From the NCBI GenBank assembly GCA_964016885.1, contig OZ024741.1, positions 380,184,001 to 380,248,000 on the forward strand: a DNA stretch of 64,000 nucleotides, given 5' to 3'. Positions 29,832 to 45,822 of the stretch are shown here, piece by piece (the first letter of the stretch is position 1; every line of letters begins with the position of its first letter). Under the pieces are notes generated by a model. That model was not told the DNA's origin. It ran no database searches and worked only from the letters and a program-made list of their open reading frames with translations. Source of the DNA: Eledone cirrhosa. Its lineage: Eukaryota. The position numbers and the translations under genes are program-made.

Positions 29832-31917
29832 GTGTGTGCCTGTGTTAATTCATTCATATATACATATTACCACAAATGTGATTTGAATGTATGACATAGC
29901 CATGAATTGTCTCTGAATAGGAATTGTTAGATTTCAGAACGACCCATGCAAACAAAAGAAACAATGACATAAATAATCAAAACAACTATAAAACTTATGA
30001 ATAGATATATGGAACTTAATCAGGAAAAAGGATAGCAATGGCCAAGATAAAGCCATATTTTAGAAAATGTTATGTTGATCTTCAAATGCAACTAGAGAGA
30101 TAAGAATATAAGAAGTGATATATAATTGATGTAACTAAAAGAATTGATGCTGTGCATACTTCAGAATGAATGAATATGTTCAGAAAATTACATATCATCA
30201 AGTGACACTGTGTTATGTCTGTAGCAAATACACATATTTTTCAAAGAAACACATTTTATATTTTTAAATTGAGATACTGGTAATTAAAGCAATAATGAAA
30301 TTGTACTTTACAATATTGTATATGTTATGTGGTTCCATGCAATTCTTCCCACGTAAATTTCTGCTTCAGATTTAAATGGTTATTTTGAACATCTGGAATG
30401 GTCTGAAATATTTCACATATTTCTTTCTTGTTGTAGTTAGACCAGATTGAGCAGACTCAATATCATAGTCGTTTCAGCCTTAGCTATTTCATCATTTTAT
30501 GCATACACCACCAAACATTTTTAAGACCTATTGCAATGTCATGATTGGCATACAATAAAACCTCTAGACTGCAACTCCAAAAACTGGCTGAACCAGTAAT
30601 TATTGAACAATGTAATTATTGTTCAAAAGTTGAAGACTGAACAGAGAGATTAAGAGCAGATTGCTGAAGGCCAACAGCATCAGCCACCAGATTATTCCAT
30701 TCTTGAAACACCGAAACATTTTCATGAAAACTCAAGCTGATCATCTCATCCTCCATTGCCCCACTTAGAAACCTGGACCCTGAATAGGCTATGTCTAGCA
30801 TCATGTGCAGCTGAGGAAAAGCTATCAAAATGATCAGAAAATGTAGGACAAGGATCTGAGAGATCAGAAAATGGTGGAAGAAACACCAATCCATCGTCAT
30901 ATGGAGTGAACCTCCATTGGTTTTGACAATCAATGTTACAGTTGTTTGATCGATGGAACAACCTCCTTTTGAAATTAACATGCACATTTAATGTAATTGT
31001 CAAGGAGATTCAGCTTGACACGGTGTGACAATAGTGGTCCTTTGAATTACAGGTACAAATAGCGATACAATCATCATAGACAACAACATGTTTGGATACA
31101 TCATAATAATGTCAACCCACCAAACAGCTCATCGTCTATATAGCACAATTATGACTGGTACCAAAACCAAAAGCTGATCTAGAAAATAGTGGACTGATAG
31201 AAACAAGGAATTTCTCATATCACATGTCCCCACGCTAGGACAAGCATTCCAACTCACAGTACAATAGGTTTTTTCTTTTAGCAATGTTCACATTAGTAGA
31301 AGTGAAAAAAAGAAAGAACACAGTGGAGCTAAGATTATATTAGCGAATGAATCATTCCATTTTTTTGGAATGAGAAAAGGATGTTATTTGAAAGATAATT
31401 GGCTTCTGTTTACAGCAGAACAAACATTAACTTAAGGAAGGTCTCAATTCATTTCTTTCATATAATCTCACTGTGTCAAAAGTAAACTGAAACAAATAAA
31501 CAGTGCTACTTAACAAACACATCCACAACAGCAAAAGGAACACCAATAAAATCATTCAACGCTGTAAGAAAACAATCTATGTTTTCTTTCCAGATGTTTT
31601 TGCTTTACATTTTTTTTTAATTGAGTTTTAGCAGCATCCAATATAATACCATTGTTGACAACACTAATATTAAACAAAAATTCTAATAAAAAATGTATTA
31701 AAGAGTTGAAAGGAAAAACATTTTTCAGATGAAGATCAATTTTAGTTGTTGATCAGAAAATATAGATTTGTTGTAGGAAAACAATTTTTAGTATATTTAA
31801 ATCTCTTTTTTATATACTAAAATATTAAATTTAGGCATTCTGTTAGAAATTTAAACACTATTTACTATTACTGCAATACATTCTATTAATTTATCACAAT
31901 GTAACACACCAATGTTG

Positions 31918-31973
<56 letters not shown>

Positions 31974-32199
31974 TCCCTCTCTCTCACTTTGCATATATAT
32001 ATAATTGTTAGACAACAAGAGAAACCAACCTTAATAAATATTCAGGCCTTCGCCTGGGTAGAATGAAATGCCCAGCACAAATTAGTTATTACTGACATCA
32101 AAATAAACTGAAGACAGAATAAGGCATCCAAGAAAATATGGAGACGGTTGGGCTGGACGGTAAAGATTTTCTTGGTTAAATACAGCTTTGGAAATGCCC

Positions 32200-32560
32200 T
32201 ACAGGATGACAAATTAGATGCATATAGCGTAGTGGACAAATCAAAATTCTTACACAACAACATTTTAAGACTTGCAGCTAGAGTAAAGTGCCAGCCAGAC
32301 AGAGAATAAACTTGTGGTGGAACAGCACAGTAGATACAGCCATTAAATCAAAGAGACAGGCATGGAAAGACTGGAAAAATAGGAGTAGTAGAGGCTGATA
32401 CCAAGTAGCTAAGAAAGAAGCTAGCGATAGGTATACAGAGCTCAGAAAGAAGTTGAAGAAAGTAAATTTGCCAGAGACGTGAAGTGTTCCATATTACAAG
32501 GTAGTGTGTTAGTGTGTATTGGGATATTGTTGGTTAATAAATGTGGATACCATATAAACA
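32200..32560 (+). mobile_element. Degenerate RTE LINE fragment (EN-RT linker)
   Basis: WWNSTVDTAIKSKRQAWKDWKN..YQVAKKEA. Confidence 0.6.
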
Positions 32561-33936
32561 ATTAATTGAAAATAATTAAATTTCATTAAAATAATATATG
32601 TTACTAGTTTGACTACAAAGTGATACTTTAATGTTCACTCAAATCAGGTGCTGGTGGCCTGAATGGATATATAAGCAGGGAGTCTAGGGCAATGGGTGAA
32701 TGATCAAAGTGGGAGAAAATGGCATCAAGATTTAATGAATATCTCAGATTAACATTAATCTAAAACATTCTAGCGATGGGGTGTCAAAAGCCGAAGGCAG
32801 CAACAGATATACATGTTGAGAAAATATATAAAAATAAAAATGAAATGGAAACTACAACAAAAATAACATTCAGCTCTTGTTTACAAATCTGTATTATCCA
32901 TAACGCTGTCAAACCTGAGACTAGTTGCTCATCAATTTTTGTTTTGTTCTATTGAGGTGATACATTGCTGTGTCTAGAGGGGCTTAAACACCTAAATGCT
33001 TAAGAGCCCATTCACAGTTATTATAGCACACTCTGCTCCATATATTTTTAAAATATTAGTCATTCCACTATGAAAGAATTGCATGTTGTTTGGGCCAAAT
33101 ATTACAGAACCTTAGATCATTGATATTTCTTATCTTTTGTTATGTTTCTGTTAGTCTTTATGCCTTCCCTTACCATAATTGTAATGAAATACACTACCTT
33201 TGTGCTTCAATTAATTTTGAAAATCATGAATAATTTAGAGGAATTGAATCAAATAATTAACTTGTTCATTAAGTTGATATTGGAAGATTATTTAACAAAA
33301 AATTATTTAAAACAACTTTATGTGAAGTTTCGATGTAAATATGAATATTTTAAAGTTGGGAATTTTGTATCATAAAACCAGTGCAATTTCAGGCAGTTTG
33401 TTATCAAATAGGTTATAATGCTGCTACAATTGATACATTCTATTTCCCTTCTTTCTTAGCTTTACCTATGCCTAGGAATCCTTTAGCTATCGTTAGGATT
33501 AGACACCCTCAGCCTAAGTCGCTTATTAATTTGCCTTTCTCTAGCTGAATCTTTAATCAAAGCTCTTCCTTATTCCTTATCATGTTGAATTAGACATACC
33601 TAGTCCCTTCTATATACATTACACCAACCTTGATCATTTGAGATATATAAAGGAAGGAAAGCTATGTCTTGGTAGGAATCTAAAAAAGGTATTGTCTTTT
33701 ATTTTGTGCATGTTTAATATCATTAGACAGCAGGATTTTTCAGAGGATGAAGATATAGTATATATAGATAAAACCACAAAAGGGGGACAGGTGTACACTC
33801 ATTGAAAACAGCACAATGTGTGCATATGTATATATGTATAACACACACTTGAATACACACACATATATATATATGTATATAATAGGCACACTTGGTCACA
33901 CACATACACACATATATATATATATATAGAGAGAGA

Positions 33937-34773
33937 GAGATTACAATAATCAAAGTTCAGTTTAAATCATTTATTTGCTTACAATTGTTTCCCCCAAACC
34001 GAGGTTTAGATTCTTCGGAGCAACTATTTAGTGATCTATAACATACTTGACCTCCTTTTCAACACAAGAGACATATAAAAACATATGCATATATTGACCC
34101 ACAGTGGGATGACATCCATCATAATGATATAGCATGGCAATTTACATATAAGGGTTAAAGGATAAAAATAAAAGTAAAAATAAAAATAAAAATAAAAATG
34201 AAACATTGGCAGTTTATGAAGATAAAGCAAGGGGAAAGTTTAGAGTATTCAGTGTATGAAACAATCTCACGTTTAGCATGCACGCGTATCTTATTTATAC
34301 AGGATTAGAGTGCGGCAGATTGTTACGTGTAGGATCAGGCAGTTAAAGCAGGCAATCAATAGTATTATGTGGGTTGTATTGTTTAATCATTTACACCTGT
34401 ATGATATATAATCCCGAATGTAGAGAAACATCAAAATATCAAAAATATCAAACTTATTATAAAACATATTATAACATAGGCAAAACAGTACCACTGTCTT
34501 CGCGCACACCACCACTCACATAATCCATGAAACGCAATAAATAGACTACAGGTCTATCACACAATCCACGATGATTCAGCATAGAACCAAGTTGTAAACC
34601 ATATCTTGTCGATTCTTAATTAATAGATCATGTTATTTAGTTTTGTGAGATGATATTATATTCCGGAAGTGTGTGTGTGACCAAGGGGAGTTAATGCGTA
34701 AGGGGAGGTAACTAGCTGATTTTCATAGTGAAATTTATTATCCTAAATTACAGTATTTGATTATTGTAATCTC
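33937..34773 (-). mobile_element. PLE-like tail with short inverted termini and a CCGAAGA hammerhead
   Basis: GAGATTACAATAATCAAA inverted at both ends; minus strand TTGCT-CCGAAGA-stem II-GAAA-CAATTG-TA-AGCAA at 33975-34023. Confidence 0.65.
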
Positions 34774-35041
34774 TATATAACTGCTCTGTAAAACAACCGA
34801 TGTTATTACATTGAGCTATTTATCTTACTGGTAATAAGATAGTAATGAATGACTATCTTTCACTATTTGGGGTTTATATAAAAAATATATAACCATAAAA
34901 GGTTTTATTTTATACATAACCATAAATAGTATCCTTAATACTATATATATATATATATGTATATAATAGGCACCCTTGGTCACACACATACACACATATA
35001 TATATATATATATATGTATGTATATAATAGGCACACTTGGT

Positions 35042-35122
<81 letters not shown>

Positions 35123-36032
35123 GGAACACTTGGTCAAAAACATACACGCACATATATATATATGTATATAATAGGCATCAACTGGTTAGACGAGTAAGAC
35201 CATCACTGAGAATTAATATAATTAATATATTTATCAGTGATTCTGAGCCCTAAGTAGCTTTTAAATCCTGCTAAAGATTTGCAAGATTTGCTGCATAAAA
35301 TACATGGAAATTTACTCCTATCTTTCAGCTCTTCAGTCTGATCCACACCATGATTATATATTTTTGAATGACTTATATATTCTGGAGTATTTAAAAATTA
35401 TCTGCCACATTTTGAACTGACTGCAATGAATTGGTCATATCGGACTTTTGGCATTTCTGTATACTTATGTAGGTGACTTCTAGAGCCAGTTTTGGGATGT
35501 ATATGCAGCCACATATATTGCATAAAAACTGAGGTACATGGTCTAAACATGCTGGCCTTTCTTAGCTGTACACTTTATGCTTGCCCATTCCAAAACAGTT
35601 TCCTGAAAACATCTTACACCATTAAATATGTGGGTTTACCACTTGTTTCTAACTAATGCCATGACTTCCAAGCAAGATGGCTCAATTTTGCACTGTAAGG
35701 ATGTATGTATGTTTGTACATATGTATGTGTGTGTATGTGAATATATTATTGTTTTCCTCCTATATCTTTTCTTTAATGAAGATGCTGAAAAGTGATGCTT
35801 CTTTGATTTTATCCATTGCAGCAATATCATTTTATTTGTTACTATTTTTGAAACAGGAAGAACTGTGCCTATAACCAGTTTTCAATCCTATATGACTGGT
35901 GCAGTATGAGAGCGAATTATCTTTTAATCAGATACCTTGCTAGGCTTTTTGGCAACAGAATAGTTTCAGTTTATTTCATCGAAAGAGTAAGCTCTTCATG
36001 TTAAAATCGAAGGCTAATTTCATCTAACTTAC

Positions 36033-36203
36033 AAGAACCAGAATGGCCTGCTCTCACACTGGCTTCCATAAAGTTTCAGACTCACAAATCTCATGCAAAA
36101 ATGTTGATCAATCCAAAGACATAGTAGAGAATACTTGCACAAAATGTTGCACAACTGATTCATACCGGTGTCAAATATGAAGATGAATATGTTTGCTTTC
36201 CTG
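36033..36203 (-). CDS. Candidate internal host exon
   Basis: TTTACTGTTCAG acceptor, open frame RKANIFIFIFDTG...RPFWF, GTAAGT donor; no homology recognised. Confidence 0.25.
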
Positions 36204-37794
36204 CTGAACAGTAAAGATCTATATACAACCACACTGCTATCTGAACTATGAAATGTTTTACTAATTGAACAGTGAAAAGAAAAGAAAAAGAGAGGATAAG
36301 TTGTTGGAGACAAGACGCTTTAAAAACGTCTGACATAGAATTATTGGTAGAGAGGTAAATCTAAAATATTCATAATATCAAAATATTGTCTTCATGCGTA
36401 AAATTCTGTGAACTATTTTCTCTCTTTTACTTGACAGCTGATTAGAAAGCAGAAGCAAATAAATATCTAGCACTTTCACATTACTGAAGAAAGAAACTAC
36501 ATTTGTGTAATTTGTATTACAATTATGTCTTAAATACAGGCATGATTTATGACAATCTTTTCCAAAGATTACTATTATGAGGTTGAGAAATAATAAAGTG
36601 TAAATTGTCACACTTAAAGGATTTATGTTGTCCCTTATACAGTGTAGACTAAATATAAAAATTTTAGAGGGTGTTGTACTTTGCTGCAGAGGTTAAAAAT
36701 CAAAGTAGTATTGATTCTCCATATTTGCATCGAAGAACAGCATAAATAAATGGAGAACAATAGTATAAAATGTTGGAAGGACACAGTAATACTCACACAC
36801 ATCCTTAAAGATTTTAATCAGCACTCCATGAATAAATTAAGCATAAGACAATTAATTAAAAACGCTTCATATTTTACACATTTCCTTCATGAACAGGAAA
36901 AAAAACCCAACCAGTTGGATTTCTTTCAGTCCTTATATTGTTATCTTGTTAGCAAGCGAGTAACCGCCTTAATCTTGTCATTACTATAATTTTAATGAAA
37001 TACACTGTATTTACATTAATTAATGAAGAATTTTGAGGGATTTACTAAATGCTTTAATTATTTTCTAATTAACGTGGTCTTTTTAATGTAACTTAAAATT
37101 ATGTTGAAAGGTTTTAATTTAAATAGGAACCCTTTTGAATGTTTGGTTTTGTTTCATAGAATCAATGGAGATTTAGGTTGGGTTGGTTTCAAAAGGATTA
37201 AGTATTCACAACAGAAACATTGTATATATATAGCAATGATTAACAAAGACTGTATCTGTCCTTTGTTTAATTTATTCAGTGTGCTGGCAAAAATACATGG
37301 ATTTATTTTATAGTGCAATATCGCATAAAAGAATTTAAAAAAACAAATCACTGTTAATACAACAGTGATTTATTGGAACTAGCTGCCAAGAAAGCCTTAT
37401 TTACACAAATTGGTTTACCTGATTTATTCAAACCATAAATAATAGGGGCAACATATTCAATGCTCCCATATAAAGTTAACAATGATACTCTGTTGTTGAT
37501 AAGAATTGAAAATGGTCCAATTGTTCCTTAATTTTCTCTTCAAGAAATGATTATATAACAGACAAGAAGATTACATTTGTTCTATACTTCATTTACACAT
37601 GCAGAGCTGAATAAAATCTGTAAATTTTTCCATACAACAGTATAGCATCAATAGCAAAACGCTAGTGATGTGTCAGTAATTTCAGCTTCAAATTCATGCT
37701 CAAATCAGCTTGGCACTTTCATTCACACAGCACCAATAAGCTGTTTTACTAATATATCTATGTTAATTCACCCAACTATAATTTGTCTATGTGT

Positions 37795-38060
37795 AAAAGT
37801 ATGTGGCTTAGTGTTTAACATGTTGGGCTTGCAATTAGGAGGTTGTGGGTTTCATTCTCTGACCAGGTGGTGCATTGTGTCCTTGAACAAGACACTTTAT
37901 TTTATGTTGCTGCAGTTTACTCAGCTGTAGAAATGGTATGCATGGCCGACTGCTGGTTGTCCACAAACAATCTTGGCCCGACTTTGGAGGGGAACTTTCT
38001 ATATGCAAATCCCATGGCTATTTATGTCTGAAGAGGGTCTTTACTCTTTACCCTATTTTA
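37795..38060 (+). mobile_element. tRNA-derived SINE (CORE/V-like central domain)
   Basis: TGGCTTAGTG A-box; GTGTCCTTGAACAAGACACTTT..CTCAGCTGTAGAAATG. Confidence 0.7.
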
Positions 38061-38735
38061 CATATCTATTTGAACTCAGCAGATGAGAATCAGAATAAAT
38101 ACCAAAAGACATGCTGTCCAACTCTCATACAAAATTGCCAATTTGCTGCCTTACAACAAACTTTGTAATATGAATCAATAAGAACTGAACGTAACAAGAT
38201 TCAGAAGAAATTACAAGTAAAGGTCATCATAGCTGTCTTATCTGAATGGCTACCATTTGGTATTGTATAAAGGATGGTCAATTTATTTCTTTTAAGTTTA
38301 AAAGTATGCGGCATTACAATAACCATATGTACATTTGCAGAAAATATTTATATTGTGTTACAGTTTTATGCTTACAGAAATTATAACATATGAACACTAA
38401 TTTTGGGATATAGTCTGTTATATTAACCTAGGTTAATTTGAACAATTTACTTACTAAACTTTTTTTATAGCTAAAGGGCTGCTTCTTGGCGTTTAGGCTA
38501 TGACCAAAGTAGAATTATCAATTTGAAAAACTATAAACACCAAAATAGTATACATTTTTTATATATATGCACAGAATACTAAATGTTTCTCTAACGTTAT
38601 ATACATATTTTTTTAATTTGAATTATTGAATCCATTAAGCTTTTTCACTGAGAAATATATTCATCATACCTATTGTATATGTTATGATACATTAAATTAG
38701 TATATATATATATAATATATATTTATTCCGACCTT

Positions 38736-39214
38736 ACACACTTACACCTCTCTAAGACAATGTCACTTGACCGAGATCTTTGGCGCCACGCAGTAATACA
38801 GAAACCTCGCCTTGCCTAAGTACAAAGCGAAACCTACAGTCAGTAGGCACCTCTTAATTAAATATACACACCCCTCCCACTACCCCAACTCCCCCACCCC
38901 CATCAACACCACCCTTTCTCTGTAAAGTTATGTTGGTATCACAACATCCAGTCCTAAATGATGTTGCGTAGGTGTCACGGCAAAAGAACACACAGTCCAC
39001 GCTGTAATGTGGCCGTGTAGGTAACACGGTAAAAACCTCCCAGTTCCACACTGTAAACGTGGTTGGTGTTAGGAAGGGCATCCAGCCGTAAAAACCTGCC
39101 AGACAATCCCATACGAGCGAGATGACCAATCATGCCTCAAGTGGTACAATTCCCGTCTAAACCCATGCTAGCGTGGAAGATAGATGTTAAATGATGATGA
39201 TGATGATGATGATG
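38736..39214 (+). mobile_element. RTE LINE 3' end
   Basis: Reverse-complement match to 15150-15630; (GAT)n tail. Confidence 0.9.
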
Positions 39215-39835
39215 AATATACTTATAACATATATATATATAATATATAATATATATATATACTATAATGTAAACCTTTTTTCAGTTGCAGGAAAGATCCA
39301 TAGGTGTGGTTGATACATTCTGCTACCTAGGTGAGTTAATTAGCAGTGGAGGAGGTTTGTTGAGTGTATAATAGCTTGAATAAGGATAGGGTGGAAGGTG
39401 TTTAGAGTACAACTCCCACTGCTGACAATAAAATGTTTCTCCCTGCACACAAACGGAAGGCTGTGTGAAGCCTATGTGTGGTGTACGATGCTTCATGGTA
39501 TGAAACATGAGCAGTGACTGCTGAGAGTATGTGTAGACTAGAGAGCAATTAAGTAACCATGTTTTGTTGGATGTGCAATGTAAATGTGAGAGAAAGGCAG
39601 AGCTTGACTGAGCTGAGGGAGAAGCTGGTTTTAAGAGGAATTTAAGATGGTGTGAAGAAGAGACGGCTACATTGGAATGAAAATGTGATGTGCATGGACA
39701 ATGACCGATGGGTGAAGAAGTATCAGGAAATCCCAGTGGAAGGAAGCTGCAGTAGAGAACAGAAAGAAAGTCCTGGGCAGAGGTTGTGGGAGCTGATCAC
39801 AAATCACTAAGACTCGCAGAGGAGATGAGGAAGGA

Positions 39836-41010
<1,175 letters not shown>

Positions 41011-41015
<5 letters not shown>

Positions 41016-42230
41016 GTTCTATTTAAATTGTTGGGATAAAACAAGCAAATATTTTTATAACTGATATAAAGCACTCAACAAATAATTGGACTAAAAATAC
41101 GATATTAACAAATGGAAATTATATTTATAAAACCATATTTATTTCATTATACATATTTCAAGGACACAAAGTTACATTATGGTGTGCTTTCATCAGATAA
41201 AATATAATATAGACCAGTTTTATAAATAAATATTGACATACACTTAAAGAATGCAACCATTAGTGTTGGAAGCTCCCGGATAGTGGAGTTATATCTTTAA
41301 TTATACTATTAGGTAAGTTAGTATTGGATATTTTTAAATAAGCCGTTGGGTTACGGAGAAAAAGAAAAAGAGAGAGAGAGAAGAACAGGAGAGAGAAAAA
41401 AAGAGAGAGAACAAAGAAAGAGAAAAAAGAAAAGAGAGAGAGTGGAGAAAGAGAAAGGAGAGAGAGCGAAAACTCTAAGTGATAGGTTGTTGAGTTATCT
41501 TAACATTTGAGATGAAATGAATAAATAAAATTGGAAATGTAAATAATCATGAATGGAAGATAGATATATAATATGAGAAATTTAACCATTGTTTAAATAT
41601 GATTAAATGTTTAGTTAATCAATTAAAATATTGAGATCAATACATTAAAAATTGAGATCTATATATTAAGAAATCTATATATTATTATTAAGACTATATA
41701 TTATTAAAAATCTATATATTATTAGAAGAATATAACACATATACACAGGCAAATATACATACTTATAAATATATATACACACGTATAAACATTTATACAT
41801 ATCTATCTACGTATATAATATATACATACAATATATAAAGTATTTTTTTATTTAAGATATAGGAATATTATAAAATCAGAGAAAATCAGTTCTATGTAAT
41901 ATCAAAGCAGCGTGAAGGAAAATTACGTTATTTAGTTATATAAATGTTACAATTATTAAGATATTAACGGAAATTTTATGTTATACACACTTTATGTTAT
42001 TATACAATTTTTTTTAATATAAGTTTTATATTTAATAAGATTACCTGTTGTGTAGTTATGACTGTTATTATATATGTTTATTTGTCACGAACCTTAGGAT
42101 AATGCTTATAAATAAGTGCAATCAAATTGTATGGCCACATGTATTTAATTTGATTTCTACCTAACGTTGTAATAATGTGCTCTTTCATCAAATAAATTTT
42201 TATTAGCTGAAATTCTCGCAATTCGTTGGT
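41011..42230 (-). mobile_element. PLE-like 3' region with hammerhead-like motif
   Basis: 41011-41282 matches 14520-14990 in reverse; CTGATGA..GAAA core at ~41148-41196; both ends in (TA)n. Confidence 0.6.
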
Positions 42231-42364
42231 GTACATATATATATATATATAAATATCGCCCGGTCAACTGAACTCACTCGATATGCAAATTAGGCTGCTC
42301 AGCCGTTAATATGCATAAGGAAAGTATATACTTTCACACGTTCAACCATCTGGCAGGAAGGTAT

Positions 42365-42407
42365 ACGATGCTGACGATAGCTAATAAGCTTGAAACTAGT
42401 ACATCGT
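42365..42407 (+). ncRNA. Minimal type I hammerhead ribozyme
   Basis: ACGATG-CTGACGA-TAGCT AATA AGCTT-GAAA-CTAG-TA-CATCGT: perfect stem I, intact core, palindromic stem III, GUA cleavage triplet. Confidence 0.85.
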
Positions 42408-42715
42408 TCCTGTGTCAGTGTTGAACAAAAAGGTGACGTGGGTGCCTAAATACTGTACGGCTTAATTCGGGCTGTGTGTTTGTTTACAAACAAACAAACC
42501 GTGCATTATAATACATGTTCGGTAAACAGATACGTGCATATATATGTGTGTGCATGTATGTATATACATACTGCTGTACGTCTGTATACATATATGTATG
42601 TACGTATAGATACATACTTACATTAAGTGCCGTACTAAGAGTGAGAAATGAAATTTTGTTTCATTCTATTCCAAATATATATATATATTTATATATATAT
42701 ATATATATACATATA

Positions 42716-42798
<83 letters not shown>

Positions 42799-42806
<8 letters not shown>

Positions 42807-43924
42807 ATACTTTGGGAGGGTCATGTTGCCAATAAGAAACACACACACCAGCTGCTTTCACTTCAATTTATTATATATTAATAAATTTATAAATTTATAA
42901 ATTTCTGGTTGGTAGGTTGGTTCCACAACCAGATAGTTGTTTATATATAGTCATAGTTCTTTCGTCACACACTCTGTGACCTCTTCAGTGACTGGGGATT
43001 CCTTTCTTTGTTTCTGTGCCTCTCCTTTGTTCTGTCCTACGCCATTTTGTTTCTGTGTGTGTGTTGTGTGCTCAGTCTGCGCATGCGCCACATCCGGGTG
43101 TCTCTGTGTGTTTATGTTCATTTATTTATTTGTTTATTTACATGTTACTGGTTGGTTGTTTGTTCTATGTGTGTATGTGTTTTCATTTTGTCCTTAATTG
43201 TAAGTTGTGATGTTGCTATTCCACTCATATTTTCTATTTAATTTTGGTTGTAATTCTTTTATGTTTATTGCCTCTGTAATTTGTCTAAACATTGCGTCTT
43301 TTCTGTGTGTAGATTTCTATTTTTTTTTCTATGTTCTCTAATTTACGCTTGTGTTCTATCTTAGCATGTTGGTAGAGTACAGATGATTCTTTATTATCTT
43401 GACGGTCTCGCCAGTGTTCATTTATCCGTTCCCCTACACTACGAGCTGTCTCACCTATGTACATTATATTTTTGTCTCTACATTGTCCTTCAGTACATCT
43501 TATGCTATACACTACATTTCTAGTTTTACAGTTAATATGGGGGCTTATTTTACAGGTTATACATTTCTTACCTATACATGAGGGTCTTTGAAAAGGGTAT
43601 GTCTTGCTAATAAGTGTTTTTACGGAGGTACCTGGTCTTTCTACTATCTTAATATTGAGTTTATGTTTATTTGGGCCCCTTCTAAATTTGTAAGCTAATT
43701 CACCTCTAGGGGTTGTATTGATGAACATTACACTCTGGTATTTATTGCTATCATACCATGAGTTTATTCTATTAGCCTTGTTCCTAGTTCTTTCTATTCT
43801 ATTCCAAAATTTGCTCCTATACAAGGGGCAGGTCCCATTTATGTCATTATTTACCATTTTTTCCCATTTAGTTCTGGCTCCTCTATACACTCTGATTTTA
43901 TCTCTCTGATTGTAGCCAGAGAAC
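42799..43924 (-). mobile_element. Inverted copy of the 3' part of the adjacent Naiad-like PLE
   Basis: Reverse complement of 44643-45768; ORF 43285-43890 encodes the Cys-rich linker and GIY-YIG (VVYSIRC..YIGET); HHR at 42949-42993. Confidence 0.95.
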
Positions 43925-45822
43925 CTACCATTACCTCAATGGCCAAGAAAACCGACACAGATAGATGGAACGGGTGGACCAGAGCCATACGGACACCCGA
44001 AAACCACGATGAACTGAAGAAAATGATTGCACATGCGGTAGGGGCCAGCATAAAACTAACCCTTAAGGAACATATGTTCAAATTTAATGGAAAAACATAT
44101 GCCCAAGAGGAAGGAGCAGCCATTGGTGTTAGCATTGCAGGAGACATAGCTAACTTATTCATGGTATGGTGGAACAGTAGACTTAAACTTAAACTTAAAG
44201 AACAATTAGAAGACCCCTTAACCCTCATAATGTACTCCCGCTACGTAGATGATATAAACATCGTAGTTAAGACACCCCCACTAGAGAACAGTCAGGAACT
44301 AGAGAAAAACACCATGGAAAGCATCCAGCAAATAGCAAACTCCATCCACCAGAGCATTAGAGTTACTATAGACTACCCAAGTAAACACCCCAACCATCGA
44401 TTACCTGTACTAGACACAGAGCTCTGGTTAGATACCATTAACAACAAAAAACAAATCCTCCATTCCCATTATGCCAAACCCATGACTTCCAAACATCTGA
44501 TCCGCCGAAACTCGGCCATTTCGGACCATACCGGAATCAACATACTGATTGCGAATTTGGTACGGGTGATGAGAAATGTGTCCCGCATGTGCAACCCCGA
44601 AAAACTAGAGAGACACATACAACACTTCATCCACCGTATGCAGTTCTCTGGCTACAATCAGAGAGATAAAATCAGAGTGTATAGAGGAGCCAGAACCAAA
44701 TGGGAAAAAATGGTAAATAATGACATAAATGGGACCTGCCCCTTGTATAGGAGCAAATTTTGGAATAGAATAGAAAGAACTAGGAACAAGGCTAATAGAA
44801 TAAACTCATGGTATGATAGCAATAAATACCGGAGTGTAATGTTCATCAATACAACCCCTAGAGGTGAATTAGCTTACAAATTTAGAAGGGCCCTAAATAA
44901 ACATAAACTCAATATTAAGATAGTAGAAAGACCAGGTACCTCCGTAAAAAACACTTATTAGCAAGACATACCCTTTTCAAAGACCCTCATGTATAGATAA
45001 GAAATGTATAACCTGTAAAATAAGCCCCCATATTAACTGTAAAACTAGAAATGTAGTGTATAGCATAAGATGAACTGAAGGACAATGTAGAGACAAAAAT
45101 ATAATGTACATAGGTGAGACAGCTCGTAGTGTATGGGAACGGATAAATGAACACTGGCGAAACCTTCAAGATAATAAAGAATCATCTGTACTCTACCAAC
45201 ATGCTAAGATAGAACACAAGGGTAAATTAGAGAACATAGAAATAAACATAGAATCTACACACAGAAAAGACGCAACGTTTAGACAAATTACAGAGGCAAT
45301 AAACATAAAAGAATTACAACCAAAATTAAATAGAAAATATGAGTGGAACAGCAACATCACAACTTACAATTAAGGACAAAATGAAAACACACACACACAT
45401 AGAACAAACAACCAACCAGTAACATGTAAATAAACAAATAAATAAATGAACATAAACACACAGAGACACCCGGATGTGGCGCATGCGCAGACTGAGCACA
45501 CAACACACACACAGAAACAAAATGGCGTAGGACAGAACAAAGGAGAGGCACAGAAACAAAGAAAGGAATCCCCAGTCACTGAAGAGGTCACAGAGTGTGT
45601 GACGAAAGAACTATGACTATATATAAACAACTATCTGGTTGTGGAACCAACCAACAAACCAGAAATTTATAAATTTATAAATTTATAAATATATAATAAA
45701 TTGAAGTGAAAGCATCTGGTGCGTGTATTTCTTATTGGCAACATGACCCTCCCAAAGTATAACAATATCGGTTTCAACACACGATTTCAGATAAAGAATC
45801 TTGCTAAACAAATTCAGAAACG

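Noticed and set aside
30616-31003. 123-aa and 85-aa ORFs
   Set aside because: More likely antisense to a decayed LINE fragment (ETWTL-like remnant on the plus strand); no coding support
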